63,980 nt of DNA, filler included, from a bacterium (GCA_037439705.1; 13 parts of 13 records of this genome joined end to end with filler, not necessarily neighbours in it); one strand, 5' to 3'; positions 41,644-52,560 are shown, counted from the whole stretch's first letter. Numbers and translations are program-made. Notes: generated by a model from the sequence alone, not told the origin.

Positions 41644-42213
41644 TCCTCTTTCCATTGCCCTTTCACTCACTGCAGATGGATCAGCTCCTTCTATACACCC
41701 ATTATCTTCTATTCTGGAGAGATTTTCTTCATGCCCATATCCATTCTTCACAGCCCATTTCGCTCCCTCTCTCATAACAGCTTTTAGCTCGGATGAAGAT
41801 AGATGGATTGACCCTTCTGAACCAACACCTGTAGGGACCTCTTTGAACAAGAAATCAATAATGGTATCAATCTTTTTCTCCGCATCATTCAGAAAAAGAG
41901 AAGTCCTCATCAGACGAACACCACAGTTTATGTCATAACCAACCCCTCCTGGAGAAACAACGCCTTCCTCAAGGTCAAATGCAGCAACTCCACCGATTGG
42001 AAACCCGTATCCATAATGGATATCCGGCATGGCGAGAGAGTATTTTACTATTCCGGGCAGACAGGCTACATTGGCAACCTGTTTTGGACTTTCGTCATTT
42101 TCAAGAAGTTTTATTATTCTTTCATTTCCATAGATTATCCCGTGAACCCTCATATTCCCTGTTTTGGGAATCTTCCATTTATACTCATCAATTTTTACCA
42201 GTTCAATCTTCAT
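41644..42213 (-). CDS. rtcB: RNA-splicing ligase RtcB; 3' end truncated
   Basis: NVACLPG, AMPDIHYGYGFPIGGVAA, SPGGVGYDINCGVRL. Confidence 0.92.
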
Positions 42214-42230
42214 GATTTCTATTATACTTT

Positions 42231-42650
42231 TTATTTTCTTTTTTTTCTACATTGAGAGCATATTCCGTAGTAATTTATTCTTATTTCTTCAACTCTATAC
42301 CCTTCTATCTCCTGAGGAAATTTTTTTGACTCCTCTCCTACATAAAGGTCAAAAATTTTGCCGCATTCCTTGCACAAGAAATGAGGATGGAATTCCGGGT
42401 TTCCATCAAACCGAACTTTTCCGCTTTCTATTTCCAGTTCCCATATCAATCCGAGATTTTTAAGCACCTGAAGATTATTGTATATAGTAGCCTTTGAAAA
42501 TACAGGATATTTTTTTCTCAATTCCTCATATATCATTTCAACAGACGGATGAGTTTTGCAATTTTCAAGATATTCCAGAATGGCAATTCTCTGAAAGGTT
42601 AGTGAATAACCCTTTTCCTTTAAAATCTTCTTTTTTTCATCAAGATTCAT
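42231..42650 (-). CDS. Fur/PerR-family transcriptional regulator
   Basis: LTFQRIAIL, HPSVE, ATIYNNL, HPHFLCKECG, GICSQC. Confidence 0.9.
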   Translation of the reverse strand: MNLDEKKKILKEKGYSLTFQRIAILEYLENCKTHPSVEMIYEELRKKYPVFSKATIYNNLQVLKNLGLIWELEIESGKVRFDGNPEFHPHFLCKECGKIFDLYVGEESKKFPQEIEGYRVEEIRINYYGICSQCRKKRK

Positions 42651-42772
42651 AAATTTAATTATAAAAAAATTTTTAATAATTTCAACTCCTCGGCGTTCCT
42701 CAAAAAAATTCCCTTGACATTTATTTTTCCTTATGTTATCCCTCTAATTGATACCCTCTATAAGAGGTATTT

Positions 42773-43990
42773 ATGGATGGGAAGTTAAATGGGATTGAAA
42801 AAATTGTGGGAGAAGATGGGGTTAAGTATGAAGGAGAGAAGGTTCTGGTTTATCATGAAAGAAAAGAGGAAATTTCAGAAGTCGTGAGATATTGTGAAGA
42901 ACACGAAATAAAAATTTTTACCACTTACTCAAATATTTTTCCAAAAGATGTGGAGGTGAGTGATGGAATAATTCTTAAATTTTCAAAATTCAAAGGAATT
43001 GAGAGGATTGAACCAGATGCACTTGTTGCCTGGATAAAAAGGGGTTCAACATTTGAGGAGATTAAGAATGAGTTAAAAAAGTACAGGGGAATGAAAATTC
43101 TGGTTCCCCTTGTTTCCTCTACGGAAAGCGTGGTGGAGAATTATGCAGGAAGAACATTGCTCAAAGCATCTAACAGGTATCCCGAGCTTCCGTTTGCTAC
43201 GATTCATCTTGTTATATCAGGAGGAAGAATTTTGAAAACAGGAGAACATGCCCTTTCCGAAAACATGGGAGATAACAGGGATGACCCGGGCGCAAACATA
43301 TCAAGATGTTTCTTTGGTTCAGATGATTATTTCGGAATTGTATATTTGTCCTGCGTGTTTCTTTTTCCAGAAGGTGAGAGGAATTGCCTTTTATTTAAGG
43401 TAAAAATTGAGGATATTAGAAAAATTTTCAGAGAGATTTGTAGAAAGGAACTCGTTCAGGAAGCAATTGCTTGCGAAGGAAAAACATTAAAATTTCTTAC
43501 AGGAATAGAAATGGAAGATGGATTTTATGTGATATTCGGGTTTGAGGGACATTCAGAGCTTGTGAAGTATCAGAGTAATAAGGTTCTGTCTCTGATGAAG
43601 GAGTTTAAAAGGGTGGAAGATTACGAAAAAAAGATGTTAGAAGAACTGGATAAAAACTGGATGGCAGATGGGTTTGTTTCATACGGTTATCTCCCACTTT
43701 CAAAAATTTCAGATTTTTATAAAGAGAGTAAGGAAATTTGTGAACACATTGTCTTTTCTTCCTATTCAAGAGGTGGATGTGCTGGATTCTGTGCATGGAA
43801 TAGCAATGACTGGACAAGAAAACTTGTTTTGAAATTGAAGAGAGAATATTCAATGGTGGAAAAATATCTTCCCCTTTCCAATATCAATAATGGATACAAG
43901 AAACTTTTGAAAAAAATAAAAAACATTCTTGATCCGAAAAATACTTTCAATCCAACAATATACCCCGGAGTAAGAGATGTGGAATCTTGA
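42773..43990 (+). CDS. Divergent FAD-binding oxidoreductase subunit (GlcD/GlcE-like)
   Basis: FFGSDDYFGIV (degenerate GSEGTLG) and C-terminal KIKNILDPKNTFNP. Confidence 0.65.
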   Translation: MDGKLNGIEKIVGEDGVKYEGEKVLVYHERKEEISEVVRYCEEHEIKIFTTYSNIFPKDVEVSDGIILKFSKFKGIERIEPDALVAWIKRGSTFEEIKNELKKYRGMKILVPLVSSTESVVENYAGRTLLKASNRYPELPFATIHLVISGGRILKTGEHALSENMGDNRDDPGANISRCFFGSDDYFGIVYLSCVFLFPEGERNCLLFKVKIEDIRKIFREICRKELVQEAIACEGKTLKFLTGIEMEDGFYVIFGFEGHSELVKYQSNKVLSLMKEFKRVEDYEKKMLEELDKNWMADGFVSYGYLPLSKISDFYKESKEICEHIVFSSYSRGGCAGFCAWNSNDWTRKLVLKLKREYSMVEKYLPLSNINNGYKKLLKKIKNILDPKNTFNPTIYPGVRDVES

Positions 43991-45497
43991 AAAAGAAAAT
44001 ATAAAATCCGCATTGAAAGAAATAAGAGAAGTGATTGGAGATAGGTTTGCTACCGACGATATGTCAGTCCTTATAAGTTATTCAAGGGATTTCACCATTA
44101 CTTCAGGGACCATTCCCCACATTGTTGCTCTTCCTTCATCAACCGAAGAAGTTAGCAAGATATTGAAAATTGCGTTGAAAAGAAAAATACCAGTTGTGCC
44201 ATTTTCAACAGGTTTCAATCATGGAGGTTTGACACTTCCCAGGAGGGGAGGGATTGTTCTTGATTTAAAAAGGATAAAAAAACTTGAAATAAACCCTGAA
44301 ACCATGACAACAACGATTGGACCGGGTGTTAGAAATACCGACCTTTATCTTGCATGCACGGAATTTTATGCTACCGAGGGTATAAAATTAAGACCATGCC
44401 TTCCCCTTACAATGGGCAGTATCTCAACCCTTGCCAATTACATTGCAAGGGGTGGTCCGGGAATAACTGTAAGATATGGTTTTTCTTCTGACCTTATATG
44501 CGGACTGACCTGGGTTCTTCCAGATGGTGAAATAATATATCTCGGCACTCATGACGAGAACAAAAATTTTTCACTCCCTACAAATCTGTGTGAAGGACCT
44601 GATCTGATGGGAATATTTGTTGCTGCAGATGGAACCTTTGGAGTATGCACTGAAATGACAATAAGACTCGTAGCGGAATTTCCTTTTGAGAAGCTTTTTC
44701 TTTTTGACTCAATGGAAAGGGAGAATTCTCTTGAAAGGGCATTGTCATTTGTTAAGATAATAGCGAGACTTGATCTCGCAGAATTTATTTATAAATCACA
44801 TACAGACCAGTTAGCAAATATGTCTCCAATGGGTAATCCCCTTGACCTTATTGAGTTGTTGCCTGAACACCCTGTAGTGGTAGTGATCTCAGGAAATGAT
44901 GAGGAAGAGGTAAAAGTGAGGGAAAAAATTTTGTTAAAAGTCGCAGAAGAGTAAGGGATGTATCCTGTTGATCTTGAACTTTTAAATGCGAGCGTGGGTG
45001 AGGAAAAAATTATTGCTCCAGAGTACTGGAAAAAGATAGGACCGAGGGTAGGAGGGGTGATGAGGTTCAAGGGTTCTTTTCAATGGACTGCAGGGAATGT
45101 AAGGTTTGACAGAATAAAAGAAATAATAGAAGAATACGAAAAGCTCGTAAGAAGATACTGGATGAAAGACCCATCAGAACCAAGGAAAAGGGCACTCACA
45201 GGCCCTGCGATTCAGGGTCCCTATCCATTTGCGAGGATTGCTCCTCTGGAGTTTGATTTCTGGTTTGACCAGGGAAATCCCGATGATATAAAAAGGGCAT
45301 CTGTAATGCTGAGAAAAATTACAGAGTTATTCGTTCAAAAAGGGGCTACTATGTTCAGGAAGATGTACGGTTTTGGAGAGATTGAATTCCCTCTTACAGG
45401 CACATACTTTGAGCTTCTAAAATCCTTCAAAAAGCTTCTTGACCCTGAAAACATAATGCATCCGGACATCCATCCTATCTCAGATACATTTGTGTGA
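43977..45497 (+). pseudogene. FAD-binding oxidoreductase (GlcD-like) interrupted by an in-frame TAA at 44952-44954
   Basis: PSSTEEVS, GGIVLDL, WVLPDGE, ADGTFGVCTE in the first ORF. 44958-45497 is in the same frame and supplies KKLLDPENIMHP. Confidence 0.7.
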
Positions 45498-46510
45498 TGA
45501 AGGAAGAAGTAAAGAAAATAGGAGTTCTTAAACCCATTCACTCTTTCAGAAACGATGCCTGGAAGTGTGTGAAGTGCAAAGTTTGCAGTATGGCAAATCC
45601 TCAGGAAGTGAAAAATTACAGGTTTTCTTCCAATTGCATATCAGGAAGCTATTATTTTTATGAGGGTTTTTATCCGCCAGGAAGGTTTGAAATAATTCGT
45701 GCCCTCACACTTGACCCTCCGGAATTAGAAATAACTCCTGAACTTTTAAAAATTGTGTATGACTGCACGCTCTGTGGATGGTGCCAGATTATATGCGGTG
45801 AGATGAAAAGTCTTGAACCCACAAATGCCTTTATGTCCATGAGAGAGTTTCTTGTAAAAAATGGATATGGACCACTTCCTGCACATCTTGAATTTATAAA
45901 AAGCATAAAGAATTATGACAATCCCTGGAATTATCCGAGGACACAAAGGGACAGGTGGACAAAAAGTGTAGATGTTGAACTGAAAGATGCAAAAAGAGAG
46001 AAGGTGGATGTTCTTTATTTTGTGGGTTGCACAGGTTCTTACGACCCGTCCTTTCAGGAAGTCACATTTTCCACTGTAAAAATCCTTAACCGATACGGAT
46101 TTAAGGTCGGGATCCTCGGAAAAAACGAAAAGTGCTGTGGTTCAACAATGTTGAGGGTGGGATGTACCGAGGAGTTTGAAAAAAGAAAGTCAGAAATAAT
46201 TGAAGACTTAAACAGAGTTAATGCTGAATTTATAGTTACTGCCTGCGCAGGATGTTATTCCACTTTCAAACACAGTTATCAGGAAAAATTGAACAAACCA
46301 GCTTTTCACATGGTTGAATTTTTGAAAAAAATGATGGATGAAAGGGGAGCAGAATTTAAAACAGAAATAAAGAGAAGAGTTACCTATCATGATCCCTGTC
46401 ATCTCGGCAGATATTTTGAAATTTACGACATTCCAAGAGAGATAATCTCATCCATTCCTGGTCTTGATTTTGTTGAAATGGAAAGAATAAAGGAAAGGGC
46501 GTGGTGCTGC
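45494..46510 (+). CDS. Fe-S oxidoreductase with CCG domains (GlcF/HdrD-like); 3' end truncated
   Basis: CVKCKVC, CTLCGWC, YFVGC, EKCCG, TACAGC, YHDPCHLGR, WCC. Confidence 0.85.
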
Positions 46511-46959
46511 NNNNNNNNNNNNNNNNNNNNNNNNNNNNNNNNNNNNNNNNNNNNTTAATTAATTAANNNNNNNNNNNNNNNNNNNNNNNNNNNNNNNNNN
46601 NNNNNNNNNNGTGAAGGTAGAGTAGTGCACAATTATACAGAAAGTATAAAATTGTTTCAGGAATCTGTAAAAGAGATTGATTAAATTTTTAAAAAATAGT
46701 TTTGAAATCTCCTGAAAATTTTTACCTCATTCTACTTACCCTGTGATAAAATATTTTTATAAACCACCATGAGTAAAAAGGCAATTAAGGAAATGAACCT
46801 ATACAATGATTGCAAGATTTATATGCTGAAAAAAGATGAAGCAAACCTTTTCATCCAATTTTGTCCTCCTTTGAATGTCATAACCCAAAAGAAAAAAATC
46901 TCTTGACCTCAAATGGAAAAACGGATAAATTTTTAAAAAATAAAAATAAGGAGGTGGCG

Positions 46960-47793
46960 ATGGCTATAAATCTTGAAATGAGAGGGAAAAAACTGGAACC
47001 CGTTACATACGAATACACAATGAGGGATGTAATGCTTTATGCACTCGGAGTTGGGTGTCAACCTGATGAACTTGAATTCATTTATGAAAATGGGCTGAAG
47101 GTTCTTTCAACATTTGGGGTAATTCCACCATTTCCTTCTCTCGGGAGGTTGATAGGGGTTATGGACATAAATATAGCAATGGTTGTTCACGGGGAACAGA
47201 GACTTGAATTATATAAACCCATTCCCGTGGCGGGAAAACTTACAACTGTTCCTGAAATAAAGGCCATTTATGACAAGATAAAGGGAGCATTAATTGTTTT
47301 GAGAACCGAAACCTTTGACGAGAAAAACGAACTGATATGCGCCAATGAGTTTGGAATTTTTGTCCGCGGAGAAGGAGGATTTGGAGGAGACAGGGGACCA
47401 AGCGGCGAGAGAAATTCTCCACCTGATAGAGAGCCCGACATTGTGTATGAAGACCAGACAACTCCAATCCAGCCTTATATTTACAGATTATCAGGAGATT
47501 ATAATCCCCTTCATGCAGACCCAAATTTTGCAAAAATTGCTGGTTTTGAAAGACCAATCCTTCACGGGCTGTGCACCTTTGGATTTGTGGGAAGGGCGAT
47601 ACTTCACAAACTCTGTGGAAGGGACCCGGATAAATTCAAGATGCTTGAAGTGAGGTTCAGAGACCCTGTATATCCGGGAGACAAAATAATCACCGAACTC
47701 TGGAAAGAAACCGATACAAGATATATCGTTAGAGCAAAGACGCAGAAGGGAAATGTTGTGATTTCAAATGCAGCCTGCGAGATAAAATTATAA
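46960..47793 (+). CDS. MaoC-like double hot-dog (R)-enoyl-CoA hydratase
   Basis: YALGVG, HGEQ, YRLSGDYNPLHADP, PILHGLCT; AAGGAGG RBS precedes ATG 46960. Confidence 0.88.
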   Translation: MAINLEMRGKKLEPVTYEYTMRDVMLYALGVGCQPDELEFIYENGLKVLSTFGVIPPFPSLGRLIGVMDINIAMVVHGEQRLELYKPIPVAGKLTTVPEIKAIYDKIKGALIVLRTETFDEKNELICANEFGIFVRGEGGFGGDRGPSGERNSPPDREPDIVYEDQTTPIQPYIYRLSGDYNPLHADPNFAKIAGFERPILHGLCTFGFVGRAILHKLCGRDPDKFKMLEVRFRDPVYPGDKIITELWKETDTRYIVRAKTQKGNVVISNAACEIKL

Positions 47794-47848
47794 TTCTCTT
47801 GTGAAAGGATAATTTTAATGCTAAAATTTTAAAAAAGAGAGGTGAATT

Positions 47849-48496
47849 ATGTCAGAAGATAAACTCTTTGAAAAATACGGAAAAGAGGTTGCTCGTGGCA
47901 CTATCTTGTTCAAGGAAGGAGATTCAGGAGATGAAATGTTCATAATAAAAAGCGGAAAGGTTAGAATATTCAAAAAGATAGGGGATGTTGACAAAACCCT
48001 GGCAATTCTTGGACCCGGAGAATTCTTTGGAGAGATGGCTATAATTGATGGCAAACCAAGGTCAGCATATGCAGAAACTATAGAGGAATGCAAACTCCTT
48101 ATTATAAACTCCGAAACCTTTGATACGATGTTGAGAAGCAATCCCGAAATAGCGGTGAGGATGATCAAAAAACTTTCTCAGAGATTGAGAGAAACGAATA
48201 AAGAGATTGAGAGCCTTCTAATAAAGGATAAAAACAGAAAGGTGGTTCATATCTTAAAAAGCAGGGGAGAAGAAAGAGGAGAACCTATAGCCGGTGGATT
48301 AAAAATTCCTGTTACCCTTGAAGAAATAGCTTCCTTAAGTGGACTTGAGATTAGCGAGGTTCACGAGGTTATTGATAAATTGAAAAAAGCAAGGCTGGTC
48401 TCAACCGGAGAAGGATATTTTGTGGTTCAGGATTTAAAGAAACTTGATAAGTTTCTTGAGTTTCTCGCCATGAAGGAAGAATTTGGAGAAATGTAA
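47849..48496 (+). CDS. Crp/Fnr-family cyclic-nucleotide-binding regulator
   Basis: LFKEGD, GEFFGEMA...PRSA cNMP motif; C-terminal HTH. Confidence 0.88.
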   Translation: MSEDKLFEKYGKEVARGTILFKEGDSGDEMFIIKSGKVRIFKKIGDVDKTLAILGPGEFFGEMAIIDGKPRSAYAETIEECKLLIINSETFDTMLRSNPEIAVRMIKKLSQRLRETNKEIESLLIKDKNRKVVHILKSRGEERGEPIAGGLKIPVTLEEIASLSGLEISEVHEVIDKLKKARLVSTGEGYFVVQDLKKLDKFLEFLAMKEEFGEM

Positions 48497-49257
48497 TGGA
48501 AATAAAAATCCTGGGATGTTATGGCGGGGAGGCTAAAGGCTTCAGGAGTCCAAGTTTTCTTATAAACGAAGAAGTTGTTCTTGATGCTGGGGCTATAACC
48601 TCTACCCTTACAATAGAAGAACAAAGAAAGCTCAGGCACATCCTTATAACACATGCCCATCTTGACCACATAAAAGATATTCCCTTTGTTGCTGATAACA
48701 TAATAGGAAATCACAAAGAGCCTCTCAAAATAGTTGCTGAAAAAAGGGTACTGAAAGAAATTGAAACCCACATAATAAACGATTATATATGGCCTGATTT
48801 CAGAATCCTTCCGTCAAAAAAGAATCCGGTGCTCAAATTTCTTTCAATAAAGGCGGATAGGGTATATAAAATCAATTCCCTGAGGATAAAAGCTACAAAA
48901 ACAAATCATGTGGTTGATTCAGTGGGTTATTTCATCTCGGATGGAAAATCTGCAGTAGCTTTTTCAGGAGACACCTTCATCACGAACAAATTCTGGGAAG
49001 AGGCAAATAAAACCAGATTCCTTAAAGCTATTTTTATTGAAACCTCCTTCCCGAATTCCATGGAGAAAGTGGCTGAAGCATCCCGACACCTTACTCCTGC
49101 TCTCCTCAAAGAAGAGCTCAAAAAATTGAAAAAAAAGATTGACATATATGTTTACCATCTGAAACCAAATTTTATAGATATTCTTAAAAAGGAGTTAAAG
49201 GAATTAAACCATCCAAACCTTTATCTGGCAGAGCAGGAAACTATTATCAGGGTATAA
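48496..49257 (+). CDS. Class II 3',5'-cyclic-nucleotide phosphodiesterase (MBL fold)
   Basis: ILGCYGG, LDAG, THAHLDHI, IWPDF, SGDT, ETSFPN, HLTP. Confidence 0.82.
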   Translation: MEIKILGCYGGEAKGFRSPSFLINEEVVLDAGAITSTLTIEEQRKLRHILITHAHLDHIKDIPFVADNIIGNHKEPLKIVAEKRVLKEIETHIINDYIWPDFRILPSKKNPVLKFLSIKADRVYKINSLRIKATKTNHVVDSVGYFISDGKSAVAFSGDTFITNKFWEEANKTRFLKAIFIETSFPNSMEKVAEASRHLTPALLKEELKKLKKKIDIYVYHLKPNFIDILKKELKELNHPNLYLAEQETIIRV

Positions 49258-50085
49258 ATGTTTGAATCCACAGAAAACAAAAGGCTTTTTAAAGGAAAAG
49301 TTCCTCCTGATTTATGGATGAAATGTCCTGAGTGCGGAGAAATAGTTTACAAACCGGATTTTTTGAAAAACTTTAAAGTTTGCCCGAAATGCAATTACCA
49401 TCACAGACTATCCTGGAAGGAATGGCTTGAGCTTTTAGTTGATAAAGAGACTTTTGAAGAAAAATTTAAGATGAAACCCGTTGATGTTCTTGGCTTTAAA
49501 GATATCCTTCCTTATGAAAGCAGGATAAAAGCCTCACAGGAAACCACTGGCGTAGAAGAAGCAATCATAACAGGGAAAGGGAAAATTAACGGATGGGAGT
49601 GTTTTATAGGGATTTTTGAGTTTTCCTTTATGGGAGGAAGTATGGGAATTGTAGTTGGAGAAAAAATCGCTAATCTCTTTGAAAATGCTGTAATTGAAAA
49701 ACTGTCAGTTCTTCTGGTAATATCCTCCGGAGGAGCAAGAATGCAGGAGGGGATGTTTTCGCTCATGCAGATGGCAAAGACTGTAGCAGCGGTGAGTTAT
49801 TTTAAAAAAAACTGTAAAAAGCCGTATATATCGGTGCTAAGCGACCCAACCACTGGTGGTGTCGCAGCAAGCTTTGCATTTCTTGCGGATATAGTTATTG
49901 CGGAACCGAAATCCCTTATAGGATTTGCAGGACCAAGGGTAATTGAACAGACCATAGGAGAAAGCCTTCCTCCGGGTTTTCAGAAGTCTGAATTCCTCCT
50001 TGAAAAAGGAATGGTGGATTTAATATCTGAAAGAAAGGAACTGAAAAACAAAATATCAAAGTTATTTCACCTTCTTACAAAATAA
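49258..50085 (+). CDS. accD: Acetyl-CoA carboxylase carboxyltransferase beta subunit
   Basis: WMKCPEC...CPKC, FMGGSMG, SGGARMQEG, PTTGGVAASFA, GFAGPRVIEQT. Confidence 0.95.
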   Translation: MFESTENKRLFKGKVPPDLWMKCPECGEIVYKPDFLKNFKVCPKCNYHHRLSWKEWLELLVDKETFEEKFKMKPVDVLGFKDILPYESRIKASQETTGVEEAIITGKGKINGWECFIGIFEFSFMGGSMGIVVGEKIANLFENAVIEKLSVLLVISSGGARMQEGMFSLMQMAKTVAAVSYFKKNCKKPYISVLSDPTTGGVAASFAFLADIVIAEPKSLIGFAGPRVIEQTIGESLPPGFQKSEFLLEKGMVDLISERKELKNKISKLFHLLTK

Positions 50086-51318
50086 ATGGGAATTGAAGAA
50101 CATCCCCTTTTGAAAAATAAGTTTGAATGGAAGATGAACCTCGGGCTGGACCGAATAAAAAGGGTATTATCTTTCTTGAAAGAACCTCAGAATTCTTTCT
50201 CAGCTATCCTTGTAGGAGGAACGAACGGAAAAGGAACAGTGGCAAAGGCATTAAGCGAAATTCTTCTCAGAGCCGGGAAAAAAACAGGGCTTTTCATTTC
50301 ACCCCACCTTGAAAGAATCACAGAAAGAATCTCCATTGATGGGAGGGAAATTACTGAGGGAGAGCTGGGAAAATCCCTTGATGAAATTCTTAAAGCGAAA
50401 GAAACCTGCGGAGTTGAACTTACATATTTTGAGGTCCTTACCGCTTGCGCGTTTCTCATTTTTAAAAGAAGAAAAATTGACTACGGGGTCCTTGAGGTTG
50501 GAATGGGAGGGAGGCTTGATGCCACTAACATTGCTGAACCATTACTTTCTATAATTGTCAGCATAGGGTATGATCATGAGGAATATCTCGGTAAAGGTTT
50601 GAAAAATATAGCAATAGAAAAGGCAGGGATAGTGAGGGAAAATGGGAAGGTAATTGCGGGTGAAAACAGAAAGCCCTTGATTTCTGCCATAATGGAAAAA
50701 AGACCCGCGACCCTTTACATTTACGGGAAACATTTTTCTATAAAAAAACAGGATAGGATTGCCTTTTACAGAGGATTTAATTCTTTCAAATTCTCCATTC
50801 CAGAGTTTTATCCATTTATACTTCTCAGAGATTTTGGAATAGCGATTTTCGCTTCTGAACTCCTCGGAATCCATGTAAATCAGGAAATGTGTGAGGATAT
50901 AATATCAAACATGAAATGGCACGGAAGGTGTGAAGTTTTTCCCACCTCTCCACCAATTATTATGGATGGAGGGCATAATTTAGAAGCGGTAAAAAACCTC
51001 GTTAAATTCATCAAAAAAGAGTTGAAAATCAAAAAAGTTGTTTCACTTCTGGGATTTATGAAAGACAAGAAGCCTGAAAATTTACTGCCATTTTTTGAGA
51101 ACATATCAACGGCTCTTTTTCTTACAGAACTACCATCAGAGAGGAGCTGGAATCCAGAAGATTATTCTTATTGGACGGAGAGGATTTACAGAGATCCAGT
51201 TGAAGGATTTGAAGACGCCTGGAGGACTGCAATGACTTCAAATCTTCCCCTTCTTATCGGAGGTTCTTTTTATTTAGTAGGATACATAAGAAAAAAGGGG
51301 GTAATAAAAAAGAATTAA
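50086..51318 (+). CDS. folC: Folylpolyglutamate/dihydrofolate synthase
   Basis: GTNGKGT, SPHL, TYFE, EVGMGGRLDATN, DGGHN, GSFYL. Confidence 0.93.
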   Translation: MGIEEHPLLKNKFEWKMNLGLDRIKRVLSFLKEPQNSFSAILVGGTNGKGTVAKALSEILLRAGKKTGLFISPHLERITERISIDGREITEGELGKSLDEILKAKETCGVELTYFEVLTACAFLIFKRRKIDYGVLEVGMGGRLDATNIAEPLLSIIVSIGYDHEEYLGKGLKNIAIEKAGIVRENGKVIAGENRKPLISAIMEKRPATLYIYGKHFSIKKQDRIAFYRGFNSFKFSIPEFYPFILLRDFGIAIFASELLGIHVNQEMCEDIISNMKWHGRCEVFPTSPPIIMDGGHNLEAVKNLVKFIKKELKIKKVVSLLGFMKDKKPENLLPFFENISTALFLTELPSERSWNPEDYSYWTERIYRDPVEGFEDAWRTAMTSNLPLLIGGSFYLVGYIRKKGVIKKN

Positions 51319-51714
51319 TTGAATAGGGAATTATTTATTGTATATTTTTGACAGAATGGATAAAAGAAATTTAATGATAAAATTTAATAAAATTTTAGCA
51401 GTTGTGATATTAAGTTTTGCCGATCCATTTCTCCTTCGTGCTAATGGTGTTGATAANNNNNNNNNNNNNNNNNNNNNNNNNNNNNNNNNNNNNNNNNNNN
51501 TTAATTAATTAANNNNNNNNNNNNNNNNNNNNNNNNNNNNNNNNNNNNNNNNNNNNGGAAAATCCTCTTTTAAAGTGATAGAGGAAGAGGAAAAAGAATA
51601 ATTAAAGAATAATTTAAAAAAATGATAGTTAGGTTTTCTAATATCAACGGAGGAGGGCGAGCTTATACTTTTTTTCCAGACCTCCTCTTATGATGTATTT
51701 TATATTTCTATTTT

Positions 51715-51826
51715 TTACCTTCCTTAAGTTCCCTGTGCCTCTTTTCAGCCCTTTCATCCATCTTTGCAAGGAGTGCCAGCCAATAATTAAACTATAAGGA
51801 GAAAATCTTCAGAAATCAAAAATTTG
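51715..51826 (-). pseudogene. Internally deleted paralogue of the 4962 small protein, including its promoter
   Basis: Reverse complement keeps TTGATT...TATAGT-TTAATTAT-TGGCTGGCA, joined to (C)TCCTTGCAAAGATGGATGAAAGGGCTGAA (LAKMDERAE...*). The ATG is lost. Confidence 0.7.
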
Positions 51827-51960
51827 ATGTTACCATGGAAAGGTGGATAATAACAGTTGAAAGGAGGAAAGTGAAGGGTGTAGATAGTGGTTAAATTTTT
51901 TGTTGCACAATGACAAAAGTAAGGTTATAGAAACATTTTTATCACGAAATGAGAAAAAGT

Positions 51961-52560
51961 TCAAAACTTCAGTCCTATTCCCATCCCAAAACCATTTTTC
52001 AAAGCAAAAGGTGTAATGTAAAGCCTGCTTTCTCTCAACTTTCTATTATACTCTTTAACCTTTGAAACAGCATCAAATGTTTCCCATATGTAAATTATAA
52101 AGGTCGGGACTGCACCTATCATATAGTAAGCCCAGCAGGTCTCCTCAGGCGGAGCACAATCTTCGTTTCCCTCAAGAGCACATAACCCTTGAAGAGCGCA
52201 GAATGCGGATGCTGTTAGAAATACGCCTGTCCAGAGAAGTTTTCCAAAGGGAATAATGATTGTTTTGGCAATGTTGTCCCCAACATATATGTGCGCTGGG
52301 ATGGTAGTAATCGTCAGTGCAAGGGGCAAAAGAGCCCACGAATAGCTCACCCATTCACCAACCGGCTCAGAAGCAATTGCAGCGCCAATGGCTGTTCCCG
52401 TAATAAGTGTAAAAGGAGGAATAAAAATGTTCATAACTACAGGAACCCACTCTTCTTTAAAATGCTTATTGTCTCCTATATCTGTATCGTCAACATTCAG
52501 CAGAGAAAGCTCTTCAACGTGATACCCAACCACCATTAAAAAACACAAAATTTTAATCAC
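51961..52560 (-). CDS. Hypothetical membrane/exported protein
   Basis: 199-aa ORF with several hydrophobic segments and a C-terminal amphipathic strand ending in F. Confidence 0.6.
   Translation of the reverse strand: MIKILCFLMVVGYHVEELSLLNVDDTDIGDNKHFKEEWVPVVMNIFIPPFTLITGTAIGAAIASEPVGEWVSYSWALLPLALTITTIPAHIYVGDNIAKTIIIPFGKLLWTGVFLTASAFCALQGLCALEGNEDCAPPEETCWAYYMIGAVPTFIIYIWETFDAVSKVKEYNRKLRESRLYITPFALKNGFGMGIGLKF

Noticed and set aside
39133..44954. Genetic-code reassignment of TAA suggested by two in-frame TAA codons
   Set aside because: TAA ends many intact genes at their expected positions (accD, folC, rpoZ, hisA, spoT), so two cases are better explained by mutation or error.
26450..46510. 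Selenocysteine or pyrrolysine read-through in redox genes (nuoB, CCG protein, FAD oxidoreductase)
   Set aside because: No in-frame TGA or TAG at catalytic positions was seen; the interruptions are TAA.
51356..51456. Start of an exported protein after folC (possibly LptD by synteny)
   Set aside because: Only 33 codons before the contig end; not identifiable.
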